From the NCBI GenBank assembly GCA_021108075.1, contig JAIORP010000090.1, forward strand, positions 15,828 through 79,827: DNA of 64,000 bases, in the 5' to 3' direction. Below the pieces are notes generated by a model that was not told the DNA's origin, did no database searches, and worked only from the letters and a program-made list of their open reading frames with translations. Position 1 is the first letter of the stretch, and each line of letters opens with the position of its first letter. Positions 26,879-37,147 of this stretch are shown piece by piece. This DNA comes from Candidatus Omnitrophota bacterium (lineage in GTDB: Bacteria; Omnitrophota; Gorgyraeia; Zapsychrales; Zapsychraceae). The translations under genes were made by a program, and so were the position numbers.

Positions 26879-27751
26879 TCAATCAAAATATTCCGCTAAA
26901 CCCGAATCCAGCAACTGTTGATTCAAAAAATATCCATTTTTCAAGACGCGCTCTTTACTGGTCTCACCAGGAAGATAATACACATCCCCAACATACCGAC
27001 CGTAAAGATCCACCTTAAACGTTTGCACGATCAAAAAAGACACCTTATCTAAACGCTCCTGAATAAAGTGCCTGGCCTGAACAGCCTTCCTAGGTGCTAA
27101 CGCGACTCTAGATAGTTGCGGGGCATTGATTCCCCGCAACCGAATGCGTGAATCAAGCTTGACTTGAAAACCAAGGTTCAATTCAACAAAAATGGTGTCC
27201 CCATCAATGACCCTTAAAAGTTTGGCTTCATAAACATAAAGCTTGGCAGATTTTTTTTTCAGTTTGATATTACGAACAACACTGTCTGTAGCTTTTTTAA
27301 GGCGGCTGTGCTGGTAGTACTGATTCTTAATGCGATACCTCAGCTCCCTGGCATTCCAAGTATTTCTTTGCGCCTCTCTCTGATAATAATCTCTGATCTT
27401 TGAATCGTTAACGGTCATCAAATTGCGAAAATGACTCCAAGTCATGCGCGGGGCACTTTCAACTTTGTTCCGGTTCGGCCACAATTTATAAAATTTGATG
27501 ACACGGGTTAACAATGTGTATTCCATCTCCAGGGCTTGCGCCAATTTTGATAAAATAGGACCGGTAAAGGAGGATATTTTCCGTCTAAAAGCATCTTCTT
27601 CACACAATCTTTTTCCCATTTTCCAATAGCCATCAACCAAGACCGTGTTGGCTTGGATAGAAATAGTATTTTCTGTTTCTTTTTTAATATCAACAAGATC
27701 TGACAATAATTTAAAATAATCAATCTGGGGTTGTTCTCTTTTTTTAATCAT
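26879..27751 (-). CDS. DUF1016 (YhcG) N-terminal domain fused to a staphylococcal nuclease (thermonuclease) domain
   Basis: N-terminal YWKMGKRL...MTWSHFRNL...WNARELRYRI is YhcG-N-like. C-terminal RVIDGDT, RIRLRGINAPQ, DLYGRY and NQQLLDSGLA match the SNase pattern. Confidence 0.85.
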   Translation of the reverse strand: MIKKREQPQIDYFKLLSDLVDIKKETENTISIQANTVLVDGYWKMGKRLCEEDAFRRKISSFTGPILSKLAQALEMEYTLLTRVIKFYKLWPNRNKVESAPRMTWSHFRNLMTVNDSKIRDYYQREAQRNTWNARELRYRIKNQYYQHSRLKKATDSVVRNIKLKKKSAKLYVYEAKLLRVIDGDTIFVELNLGFQVKLDSRIRLRGINAPQLSRVALAPRKAVQARHFIQERLDKVSFLIVQTFKVDLYGRYVGDVYYLPGETSKERVLKNGYFLNQQLLDSGLAEYFD

Positions 27752-27821
27752 TTTGTTCTCTATTTTCTAGTTAACAATAAATTGTTGTCTCAACTGTCAT
27801 TGTGGCAAATAAGACAAGATA

Positions 27822-27850
27822 ATGATACCATCTTTTAAATCCGTTGTCAA
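27822..27850 (-). promoter_or_regulatory. Sigma70-type promoter of the DUF1016-SNase gene
   Basis: Minus strand TTGACA-17 nt-TATCAT, about 70 nt upstream of the ATG. Confidence 0.6.
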
Positions 27851-28274
27851 TACATCCATTTCAAAAATCTTTGGTGAAAAATCCTTTCCGAGATATCAAT
27901 GACCCATGACTCAATTTAAAGCCACGATTTCGGTAATGAAGAAACAACAAAATGACCGTAAAGGGGATGCTCTAATGGAGCCAAAAAAACGAATTATTTC
28001 AATTGCTCAATTTTGGCGTTGATACTTAAAATGATTAAAAATTTTCGAATATACCATCCATTGCCAAAATTTTCTTAAAATCTGTTGGATAAAAATGAGG
28101 ACCAAAATTCATCTCCAGCTTCCTTAAAATGAAAAAATAGGTCCTGTAAAAATATCGAAAAAGTAATCGGAATGGTTACAAAAGTTAACGCCGAAATCAC
28201 AAATTTTTGAATGGGCAGAAGAAAAAAATCGAATGGAAATTTTTATACACTTGAGAATAAAAAACTTTTATCTT

Positions 28275-28729
28275 CAACCTTAACTTTAATAAATGATATT
28301 GTGACGCGCATCCTCTTTGAAAAATGAGACTTTTGACTCTGTTCAAGTCTGTTTTTTATGCAGCAGTCCATTTATGTTTTTCTCAAATAGAGAAAAAATC
28401 TAATATGGGGATCACTGCGCATGGGGATTTTTTGAAAAATGTTGTCTCATTTCGCGAAAATTTGGTTGAATGAACCGTGGACCGAAATTCTGCCTTCAAG
28501 GGGAAGCAACCTTAACATTAGCAAATGATATTGTGACGCGCATCCTCTTTGAAAAATGAGACTTTTGACTCTGTTCAAGTCTGTTTTTTATGCAGCAGTC
28601 CATTTATGTTTTTCTCAAATAGAGAAAAAATCTAATATGGGGATCACTGCGCATGGGGATTTTTTGAAAAATGTTGCCTCATTTCGCGAAAATTTGGTTG
28701 AATGAACCGTGGACCGAAATTCTGCCTTC
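28275..28729. repeat. Non-coding direct tandem duplication, two ~223-bp copies with a 232-bp period
   Basis: 28275-28497 and 28507-28729 are nearly identical and contain internal inverted repeats. Confidence 0.92.
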
Positions 28730-29161
28730 CGTTTAATCCGCCTTATTACCGCCGGTGGAAGGCTCAAATACATCTCTGGGACAAAAAGATGTCAAAAAAT
28801 TGTTGAATATTAATACTTGCTGCACGCTTGTTTTTGATGTGCAGACCGTAATTGTAGGCGATCATGAGAAAGGGCCCAAGAATAATCAGGGTGGATCTAT
28901 TAATGGCACAATAATGCGGAAACATCTCGTTGGTGGATGTGGGTAAAGAGGGTTTATAACTAGCCTAATCCTTCATATTGTTTCCTCGCTCGATAATGTC
29001 TCCTTTCTCAAGTGTAAACAACCGTAGAATAAAATTTAAAGAATATATATCATGGATGTCAAATTTATTTTTTGTAATTTTGCCCCCAAGGGCCCATTGA
29101 TTATCTTTGGTATCTTTTTAATGATTCCCTACAGTAATCTCTGGTAGAAAAAGGCTTTTTT

Positions 29162-29270
29162 ATACCAAATCCATTAATAAATTGTTCTATTTTAATTCTG
29201 ATATTCTCGCTAAATCGTCGAGAAAAGCAGAATTGGTTTTAGGCATTATTTCCTGGAATTGGTATTATTT
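29162..29270. repeat. ~110-bp palindromic dispersed element, copy 1 (MITE-like)
   Basis: Close match to 53862-53974; ends ATACCAA...TTGGTAT; core AATTCTGATATTCTCG...CGAGAAAAGCAGAATT. Confidence 0.8.
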
Positions 29271-29469
29271 GTAAGAAGGATTCGCATCAATACTGCCGCG
29301 ACCTACGATAGGAAAAAAAGACTGGATAATATGGCCTACTCAGACCACATACCAGGGTTGAATGAGGGAATGGGTGTGGAAAACTGGAGTAACACCCTGT
29401 CTCCCTTGTCACGCAAAGCAGCGGGCACATCGAGCGAACATTACAAAATGCAAGGGGGCTCGCTGTGGC

Positions 29470-30366
29470 TTAACCGCCGGCCAAACCTGCGAATGGATTA
29501 TTCTGAGTAAAGTCCAGCAAAATCGGACCAGCAACGAGAATACCAACAACTGGAAAAATAAATATCAAAAGTGGAACAAGCATTTTTATCGGAGCTTTAA
29601 GAGCTAGCTGTTCACCGCGTCGATAACGAGCGAGACGCATATCCTCTGAAAGAATGTTTAAAGCGTCAATAACAGAGGTTCCCATTTTGTCGGCTTGAAT
29701 AAGCGTTCGGGCAAATGTGGATAAATCCGGCAAATCATATCGCAAGGCCAAGTCTTTAATAGCATCACGACGTGTCTTACCCACACTAATTTCCTGCAAA
29801 ACAACGTTCAACTCTTGGATCATGATTGACGGTGGTGACTTCTCAACAACCCATTTGAGGGCCAACATAAAGTCCAGACCAGCATTAACACAAAGGGCCA
29901 ATAAGTCAATCGCGTCCGGCAAATCCTTGACAATACTTTCCTTGGCTTTTTTAATCTTTCCTTTTAAAAGGAATTCCGGAACCATGTATCCGGCAACCAG
30001 CCCGATACACAACCACATAAAGATAAAATCAGCGGATACAGATGGAAAAGTCACCAATAAAACGACGAAACCCAACAGCTCTTTGACCAAAAAGAATTCT
30101 TCCGGAGTTAAATTAACGTGGGCAATAGCCAAATCTCTTGAAACCCGACGTCTAACAGCCCCTGAACAAAACGGTTTATTGATTTTTGATAAAGTTCTGA
30201 ACAGTAAAAAAATACTGTCTCTTTTCCTCTTTTTTGTGTCTGGTTCTGTTAATCCTAAATGTAATGTCGGCCGTGACTCCCAGTCAACAGGCATGATTCC
30301 AAGGATTAAACTAAACGCGCATAAATAAACCATGATCAAAATTAACTCTAACATAATAACTCCCAA
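29470..30366 (-). CDS. tadC: Tad pilus inner-membrane platform protein TadC (T2SS-F family)
   Basis: LPDAIDLLALCVNAGLDF, QADKMGTSV and KAPIKMLVPLLIFIFP motifs; TM helices; adjacent to tadB. Confidence 0.92.
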   Translation of the reverse strand: MGVIMLELILIMVYLCAFSLILGIMPVDWESRPTLHLGLTEPDTKKRKRDSIFLLFRTLSKINKPFCSGAVRRRVSRDLAIAHVNLTPEEFFLVKELLGFVVLLVTFPSVSADFIFMWLCIGLVAGYMVPEFLLKGKIKKAKESIVKDLPDAIDLLALCVNAGLDFMLALKWVVEKSPPSIMIQELNVVLQEISVGKTRRDAIKDLALRYDLPDLSTFARTLIQADKMGTSVIDALNILSEDMRLARYRRGEQLALKAPIKMLVPLLIFIFPVVGILVAGPILLDFTQNNPFAGLAGG

Positions 30367-30387
30367 ATTTCTTTATTTCGCTAAAAC

Positions 30388-31245
30388 CTAAAAATCCTTG
30401 AATGAACTGATCTTGATGATAAGAAACGCACCAATTATTTCAGAAATCACCGCATAAATTAACATGGAACGCCCTAAATCCGTTGTGAACATATGCTCAA
30501 AAATACGTTTATTTGATGAATAGACAATAAAAGCAAAACCAAGCGGCAACAAGGTCATGACAACGCCCTGTAATTTACCCTGAATCGTTAATGTGGATAA
30601 ATTTTGCTGAATTTTCTTACTCTCTCGAATATTAGTAACGATACGGGAAAAAATCAATGGAAGGTTTCCCCCGGTTTCCCGCGCAAGCAAAATAGCCGTG
30701 ATCATCTGCTGTAAAGCAGCTGACGGCATGCGATTGTACAAGTGGTACAATGCGTCTTCTAATGTTACCCCCATCTTATTTTCCCCCAATACAGAACTGA
30801 ACTCTGTATTAATCGGGTTGGGCATCTCCTCAACCACAGCCTCAAAGGCCTGAATAAGGCTCAATCCACCCCGAAAAGAACTGGACATAATCATTAAAGC
30901 ATCAATTAACTGATCTTTAAACTTCTCCTTAATTTGTCTGGTCATAATCTGAATGTAAACTTTTGGAAATAAGTAACCGCCAGTTGCGCCAATAATCAAA
31001 CCAAAAACACGTAATCCTTCCGGAAAAAGGAAATAAAGGGCCGCACCGAACAAAAATGGAGCAAAAACGAAAAATCGGCTCATTTTCTTGGCCTGATTGG
31101 TCGGTAACAGTTGTTGAAAATTCGCGGAAAGATTTTTCTGGCGCTTTTCACTAATAACAGTCGCTTTTTCGTAGACCATCGGGATAACCAGATAAGCAAT
31201 AAAAAAAATCGTGGTGAACATCAAGAATAAAATAATAAATAACAT
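30388..31245 (-). CDS. tadB: Tad pilus inner-membrane platform protein TadB (T2SS-F family)
   Basis: FKDQLIDALMIMSSSFRGGLSL, RETGGNL and LTIQGKLQG motifs. Confidence 0.92.
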   Translation of the reverse strand: MLFIILFLMFTTIFFIAYLVIPMVYEKATVISEKRQKNLSANFQQLLPTNQAKKMSRFFVFAPFLFGAALYFLFPEGLRVFGLIIGATGGYLFPKVYIQIMTRQIKEKFKDQLIDALMIMSSSFRGGLSLIQAFEAVVEEMPNPINTEFSSVLGENKMGVTLEDALYHLYNRMPSAALQQMITAILLARETGGNLPLIFSRIVTNIRESKKIQQNLSTLTIQGKLQGVVMTLLPLGFAFIVYSSNKRIFEHMFTTDLGRSMLIYAVISEIIGAFLIIKISSFKDF

Positions 31246-31357
31246 ATCTATTTTTCCATATTAATACACTATTTTAGAGTTAGTTTAAACCTAATATTGA
31301 TAAGGATAACATGAAAAAGTCGATCAAACAAGTGATCCGGACCAAATAATTCACAGA

Positions 31358-31696
31358 TTAACTTTGACATGTCGGCGTGGCACAAAGGGCAATAATGTCC
31401 TGACAGGTTGTGGGGTCGGGGTATCCATCCGTGCGGCAATATCCTCCGTTGGCCTTGAAACATCGGTAATCATACCAACAATATGTCCAATCCTGATCAT
31501 ACACGCATTCAATGGTCTCATCTGCATCATACAGGCGTCCAAAAGCCCAAGCGGAACCGGCCTTCTTCCAACTCCCATCCATGGCCCGCACAATATATTT
31601 TTGGAAAATCAAAAAAGCCCCTAGAAGCAAAAACATCATGGCCAAGAATTCCAAAGTCGATTGCCCTTTTCGATTTCTTTTCAACATAACCCTCAC
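31358..31696 (-). CDS. Minor pilin/pseudopilin with a Cys-rich C-terminus
   Basis: Prepilin leader RNRKG|QSTLEF plus hydrophobic helix; several C-terminal Cys. Confidence 0.8.
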   Translation of the reverse strand: MRVMLKRNRKGQSTLEFLAMMFLLLGAFLIFQKYIVRAMDGSWKKAGSAWAFGRLYDADETIECVYDQDWTYCWYDYRCFKANGGYCRTDGYPDPTTCQDIIALCATPTCQS

Positions 31697-31726
31697 GTTC
31701 TCAATCGTTTCCTTCCATAATTCAAA

Positions 31727-31764
31727 AGTGAATCTCCTCGCAGCAGAGCTCAGAGGAATTCACT
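31727..31764. repeat. REP-like imperfect palindrome
   Basis: AGTGAATCTCCTC-GCAGCAGAGCTCA-GAGGAATTCACT between two Tad genes. Confidence 0.5.
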
Positions 31765-31767
31765 CCA

Positions 31768-34700
31768 TTAAAAACTTAAACATTGAATAAATTTCATTCC
31801 CATGCCCTTGTTCATACCGTAATGATAATAGTATTCCATGCAAGCCTCTGTCTCAACGCCTTTTGCCAGGAATTTTGTCGCATAATCCCAACAAAGAGTG
31901 TTATCTAATGTTGGGTCAGAAGGATCATCACCAATTCGTATATAACGCCACAACATAAAGGCGTCACCATACAAGAAACCCGGACCTGCGTATGAGTTTG
32001 GATTGTTTGGTTGCGCGACATCTTGACAGGAGTTCTCCATCATATTAAAATCATTCGGATCAATGACAGGAAGTTGCCGGGTATTGATGATTCTAAAATT
32101 CCAAATTTTGGTTTCACCATCCGCGAAATAAATATCCCGGCTTTGCCGGCCCTGATCGTAACGAGAAACTCTCATTTTAATAACACCCCGTTCATCCACT
32201 AACTCATAACAACGGGTCATACCCCAGTCCTTACCATATGTACGCACACGTGGGAAAGCCCGATAAGAGCGCTGGTTTGAAGCACATGCAGCATCGCATC
32301 GCCCCGGAGTCCGCGCATCTACACGGACGATATGCCACAGGCCTTGAGATGTTGGATCTGTCGGATCAGGGGGATCTCCTTGCCAACCATAAATAACGTG
32401 ATAGGGCAAGGCCCTCTCGTCACCCGTCGCAAGATCAATGTAATATTTAATAAAATCCTGAGCCACATCATTAAGATATTCAGAAAATTCCTGGTAAGCG
32501 CGGGCTAAAATGTTGTACATATTGGTGAGCTCCGTCAGACGGTCGTTTAAAAAGCCAACCCGTTTACGCATTTTATTGATTTGATTGACAGACTGTTCTG
32601 ACGCTTCTCTGGTCAGATCAATAAACCCTTTAGCTTTAGGAATATTCTGCCCTAAATAACAATTGTCACAATTCCCGTCAATTCCGTCAAATGGAGGTGG
32701 CGGACATGGATAGGTCGCACTACAAAAACCATTCTGCCGTGTTTCCGCACAAGATCCTTGAGCAAGGATCATTCCCCGCTCTATCGCCCGCATGAAGACA
32801 GGATCCAAACAAGTACCGCCATCCAAAATATGATCGCCGGTCCAGTCACAATCATAACGTTGTGTATAAGCACAACTTGCGCCCATACACGTGGCCGTAT
32901 TCGTACAACTGTTCAAATCAATACAATCCCCCGGGTCACAAGCCGCAAGGCAGGCACAACCCAGACAATTCTGAACGGTACAACAGGGCAATGGTGTTGT
33001 TGTTGCACAAGACGGATGAGCAGGACATGCCGGACAGGCGGCCTCACAACACCCCGAACAGTCAGCCGTGCAACAGGCTAGGGGTATTGTCGTCGCACAA
33101 GACGGATGAGCAGGACATGCCGGACAGGCGGCGTCACAAGTTGTTGAACACGTGCTACAAGGAATACACGCTGGACACATAGGAACCACACAACTGGTTG
33201 GACAGGACGTATTACATCCATACGTGTTGAAGGTTGTCGGTGTTCCCGCGCACCACGTATCATCAATGACCGAACAGGTCCGATTAGCAACAATCGGATC
33301 CAAACAATCTATTCCCGGGCAATCCACCAGAGAATCAACATCTGCCGGAGAATTCTGCGTACAAACTAAATTTTGCGGACAAGTATCATATACCGTTCCA
33401 CTGCTTCCAACAGACCATGTGGGATAGACAAACGGACCCGCAAATTCCCCAAAAACAACGCCATATTTCGCATCGCCAAGATAAGTGGCATAAACAACAT
33501 CACAAAAATATGGTGCCATGGTGCAATCTTCCTGGAGCGGATTATTCGTGACATTCCCCAGCCAACATTCATTACAATCAACCCCTCCATTCGTCACCGG
33601 TGTTCCTGTATTTAAAATACCTGTGTAGCAATCATTAAAATCATTGTATACCGCCATATCCATCGGAATAAACGGCCAGTCATCATCAAAATAAGGAATA
33701 ATAGAACGCGGCAAATCCGAGCAAAGCCCTTGATAATTCCAGCAATCTGTCGCACAAAGCTCAAACTTTAAGGAATTTCCTACAACAGCCACCCCGGGGT
33801 GATGCGGTGTCCAGCCCCCATTGGTCGAGGCCGCATCCGGAGGGATCGTTGCCCCTCCGACTATATCATTCGCATTCCAATCCAAACACGCAACAAGATC
33901 CTCAAAATCTCCACGAACGCCGTTTCCATTGGAATCAAATGTCGCAATTTCCACCGCCGGAGAGTCCACTGGATCAGCAGCAGGAACACACCAAGCATCG
34001 GCAACCGGCTCTACGTGAGTAGCCCCGTAAATTTGGTGTTCAATGCGCAAGGCAACTTCCTCAATCTCCTTCATAAAAAGGACGAGCGCTCCATCATAAA
34101 TTTCACAAATCCAACAACAAGGGGGAGTCCCACTCGCAGCCGCACCAACAGTGTGATCGACACGAGGATTCCCGCAAACAGATGAATCACCCGACGCACC
34201 GCTATTGGTTCCATATTCAATCCAAACAGCGATATCCTGGTACCATTGATCAATATCTTTTGTGATAATGGCCGGTGTAGATTCAAAAGCAACTAATCCT
34301 TCGGCAATCTCTAAGAAACTGGGTAATCCATAGACCATGTCATCTAAGACATCATCCGGATAATCTTCCGGCACCCCGCGTACAGCATCAATCGACACAT
34401 ACGGCGGCGCGCTAACCCCGCACTCGCAATTTTCATACGCTGTTGGGCTTGTCGGCACCGTTTCATCTTCCAAACTTAAACAGGCGATCAAACGGTCGAA
34501 ATCAAAACCGCTCCCAGGCGTTGTTCCGGTAACAGCCGTATCCTCACCACCATGACGGGCACAACCAGTCTGATATGACCAGTGTTGGGAGCAAAATCTT
34601 TTTGCCCCTTTTTTCCAAAAACCTCTGGGCTGGTTCGTGACATCGAGTTCCGGCGGCAATGCAATCGGACCACCGGCCCCCGGGTAATTAGCATAATAAA

Positions 34701-36735
34701 CCACATAAGCATCATCTGGAATAAATCTCTGGGCACAAATGGCCTCAACAGCGAGAATATCTTGTTCCAATTCAAACCCATCGAGAGGTAGGGGATTGTT
34801 CAATGGCTCAAGATTCGGATCCGTCCGAGGATCGGTGTAAAGTGGATTAATGGCTGGCCCAAGCCCCCAAGGGTCTTGATTGGGAGGCGCAGCAGGTACT
34901 GTTGCCCCGCCAAAAGGAACAACCGATGTTGATCCAACCGTTCCGGCTGGTGGAAATACCGTTGTATGCAGCCCATCAACCTGACAACTGCGGTCATAAA
35001 CCAAACGAGCCGGATCGATAGCAACATAAAAATGCACGCCAGAAAGAGTGGGCGTCGGGATAAAGTCATATTCTAATTCTTCCGGCAATGTTGTCACCAG
35101 TGGATCACAATTAGGCGGCATAACATTCGGACAATTTCCTGTTGACCAATCAAACCAATGACAGTGTTCAGGGCGATACGTATGATCCGAATTTAAATCA
35201 TTGTTATTGACCCCCGTAGGATTCAGTGACAAATATGTTGTTTCCGTACCAACAACCACATCTTCCTGCAATAAATTCATCCCCCAATCCTGCAATTTGT
35301 AAAGAGTTGGGAAAACACCGCCACGCAGCTCACTGTTGCTGTAACTCAAAAAACGGTCGGGATTCTCAATGTAATTGGTTGCATCTTTGATGTTCCACGT
35401 CGGATCCGGTGGAATCGTCCCCGTGGGGATAAACGGTGTCAAAATTTGCGGATGAAACTGGCTGTCATCCGCATCAATAGAGACCAAATCACGGTTGACC
35501 TCTGTATTCACACCATAAAGAGAAATGATCTCATCATCTCGGCCAAGTTGCTCAAGGAAAGATAGAAAATAGTCTGCACTGGCAGGATCATTGTTGCGAT
35601 GGTTTTCAAAGTATCGATCATAGACCCATGGATAGAGCGTGTGTGAAATAGGCGTTGTGCTTGCCAGCTCGCAGGTTCCCCAAGCGCCACAATCTCCAGG
35701 AGCAGCACCAAATTGAGTACAACACTCATCCCGAATGGCCAGCACGTTATTTTCATCAGAAGGATCTGTCACAACTGCTGGCAAACAACAGGGATTACAC
35801 TCCGACCAACGCCCTGCAGCAGCCTCTGGTAAACAAGGGTGATTCGTATCCATCGCTCTTAATTGCGCATACGGATCAGGCTCATAGGATATGCGGACAG
35901 GATCATACAGCCCCCAATCGTCACCATCCTTATAAATAAACTCTTTTGTGGCGACAATAAAAATACCCACCGGTCCGGGGTCTGCTTCTCTGATATCGCG
36001 CAATCGCCAATCATAATATGCTGAAAACCGGCTGATTTCATCATTGGGAACAGCTCCGGTAAAGCCAAACAGGCGATCCCCATCCAGGTCCTTTATATCC
36101 GGAACCTTACCCTGATCTGTCACCGATGCAAATAAGGCTTTTTGCATACCCATCTCAAGGAAAGAATCCGTCATGCTCATTGTTTCCGTAATAATAGCAT
36201 TCCACATCTCTGTAAGAGACGGCTCAATAACTGTGGCCTGAATCACAACGGACGCAACAGCCAAAACAACCCCAATAACGGCAACAATAGCAGCGGCTGC
36301 CGCATAGGACGAGGTGCCATATGTACAAATGGTTAAAACCAGAGCGATAACCGCAATGACCAAAGACAAAACAGTTTTAAATAATCCAGAAGAATCACAC
36401 TTCTTTTTGCTCCCGCCCAATGTTTCTTCAACCAGCACTTGCCCATAACTGGCCATTTGTGATCCCAGTCGCGCCGCGCCTGATGTGGCCGCGACCTGAG
36501 AAACAAGCTTCCCTTTATTTAGTCGCCCCAAATTTTGAGAGGCGGCATAAAAAACAAGCGCGATGGCAATCACAAACATTAACACAATCGCAACTTGCCC
36601 TTTGTTAGAGAAACCTCGACCTCTGGGACTTATTGCCTTTTTTTCTAGAAAAGCGCTTGCTCGTTCTTTTTTTTGTGTTTCAGAAAAAAGAATAGAAGAA
36701 AATTTTTTCAACAATTTATTAACAGATTGAAACAA
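31768..36735 (-). CDS. Large TadG-like pilin-anchored Cys-rich protein (putative tip adhesin), 1655 aa
   Basis: AGGAGG RBS with TTG start; NKG|QVAIVLMFVIAIAL TadG-type leader; AATSGAA motif; Cys-rich tandem repeat; DxDGD loops. Confidence 0.82.
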   Translation of the reverse strand: MFQSVNKLLKKFSSILFSETQKKERASAFLEKKAISPRGRGFSNKGQVAIVLMFVIAIALVFYAASQNLGRLNKGKLVSQVAATSGAARLGSQMASYGQVLVEETLGGSKKKCDSSGLFKTVLSLVIAVIALVLTICTYGTSSYAAAAAIVAVIGVVLAVASVVIQATVIEPSLTEMWNAIITETMSMTDSFLEMGMQKALFASVTDQGKVPDIKDLDGDRLFGFTGAVPNDEISRFSAYYDWRLRDIREADPGPVGIFIVATKEFIYKDGDDWGLYDPVRISYEPDPYAQLRAMDTNHPCLPEAAAGRWSECNPCCLPAVVTDPSDENNVLAIRDECCTQFGAAPGDCGAWGTCELASTTPISHTLYPWVYDRYFENHRNNDPASADYFLSFLEQLGRDDEIISLYGVNTEVNRDLVSIDADDSQFHPQILTPFIPTGTIPPDPTWNIKDATNYIENPDRFLSYSNSELRGGVFPTLYKLQDWGMNLLQEDVVVGTETTYLSLNPTGVNNNDLNSDHTYRPEHCHWFDWSTGNCPNVMPPNCDPLVTTLPEELEYDFIPTPTLSGVHFYVAIDPARLVYDRSCQVDGLHTTVFPPAGTVGSTSVVPFGGATVPAAPPNQDPWGLGPAINPLYTDPRTDPNLEPLNNPLPLDGFELEQDILAVEAICAQRFIPDDAYVVYYANYPGAGGPIALPPELDVTNQPRGFWKKGAKRFCSQHWSYQTGCARHGGEDTAVTGTTPGSGFDFDRLIACLSLEDETVPTSPTAYENCECGVSAPPYVSIDAVRGVPEDYPDDVLDDMVYGLPSFLEIAEGLVAFESTPAIITKDIDQWYQDIAVWIEYGTNSGASGDSSVCGNPRVDHTVGAAASGTPPCCWICEIYDGALVLFMKEIEEVALRIEHQIYGATHVEPVADAWCVPAADPVDSPAVEIATFDSNGNGVRGDFEDLVACLDWNANDIVGGATIPPDAASTNGGWTPHHPGVAVVGNSLKFELCATDCWNYQGLCSDLPRSIIPYFDDDWPFIPMDMAVYNDFNDCYTGILNTGTPVTNGGVDCNECWLGNVTNNPLQEDCTMAPYFCDVVYATYLGDAKYGVVFGEFAGPFVYPTWSVGSSGTVYDTCPQNLVCTQNSPADVDSLVDCPGIDCLDPIVANRTCSVIDDTWCAGTPTTFNTYGCNTSCPTSCVVPMCPACIPCSTCSTTCDAACPACPAHPSCATTIPLACCTADCSGCCEAACPACPAHPSCATTTPLPCCTVQNCLGCACLAACDPGDCIDLNSCTNTATCMGASCAYTQRYDCDWTGDHILDGGTCLDPVFMRAIERGMILAQGSCAETRQNGFCSATYPCPPPPFDGIDGNCDNCYLGQNIPKAKGFIDLTREASEQSVNQINKMRKRVGFLNDRLTELTNMYNILARAYQEFSEYLNDVAQDFIKYYIDLATGDERALPYHVIYGWQGDPPDPTDPTSQGLWHIVRVDARTPGRCDAACASNQRSYRAFPRVRTYGKDWGMTRCYELVDERGVIKMRVSRYDQGRQSRDIYFADGETKIWNFRIINTRQLPVIDPNDFNMMENSCQDVAQPNNPNSYAGPGFLYGDAFMLWRYIRIGDDPSDPTLDNTLCWDYATKFLAKGVETEACMEYYYHYGMNKGMGMKFIQCLSF

Positions 36736-36758
36736 GCTTACCTCCTAAAAAAACTTCA

Positions 36759-37118
36759 TTAATAGTGTGGCGCCGTATCATCCCAGACGGCATTCATCTC
36801 TGTTGAATGGTAGAAAGAGGGATCTATTTGCCCCAGCGGGCCTCGATAATAGCTGGCAGGATCATAACCCGACAGGCACATCCCAAAAGTAAGATTCCCC
36901 AGGCATAATCCGTAATCCTCAACAACGCTTTGAACGAGCAGCCGATCATGGGCCAATCGGCGTTGAGCCAAATCAATCCCCGTCCAACGCAAGATCATTA
37001 TAATTGAATAAAACATGATAAATAATATAATCATACAAAAAGTAAATTCAATAAGAACCTGAGCAAATTTTTGATGAGTCCTTTTTTTTAGATTTCTTTT
37101 TTGCAAAACTGAAAACAC
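36759..37118 (-). CDS. TadE-like pseudopilin
   Basis: KFA|QVLIEFTFCMIILFIMFY leader and helix. Confidence 0.8.
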   Translation of the reverse strand: MFSVLQKRNLKKRTHQKFAQVLIEFTFCMIILFIMFYSIIMILRWTGIDLAQRRLAHDRLLVQSVVEDYGLCLGNLTFGMCLSGYDPASYYRGPLGQIDPSFYHSTEMNAVWDDTAPHY

Positions 37119-37147
37119 GTTAATACACCTTCAGTTGAATAAAACTA

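Noticed and set aside
28275-28729. CRISPR array or attL/attR interpretation of the tandem repeat
   Set aside because: Only two long units with no unique spacers, and no cas or integrase gene nearby.
29378-29430. GGAAAAC...ACGCAAAGC resembling a c-di-GMP-I riboswitch
   Set aside because: No proper GNRA-capped P2 or P3 stem, and it faces the end of tadC with no downstream gene.
28755-29607. Plus-strand ORFs 28755..28946, 29259..29510 and 29362..29607
   Set aside because: No homology cues; two overlap the repeat element or tadC antisense.
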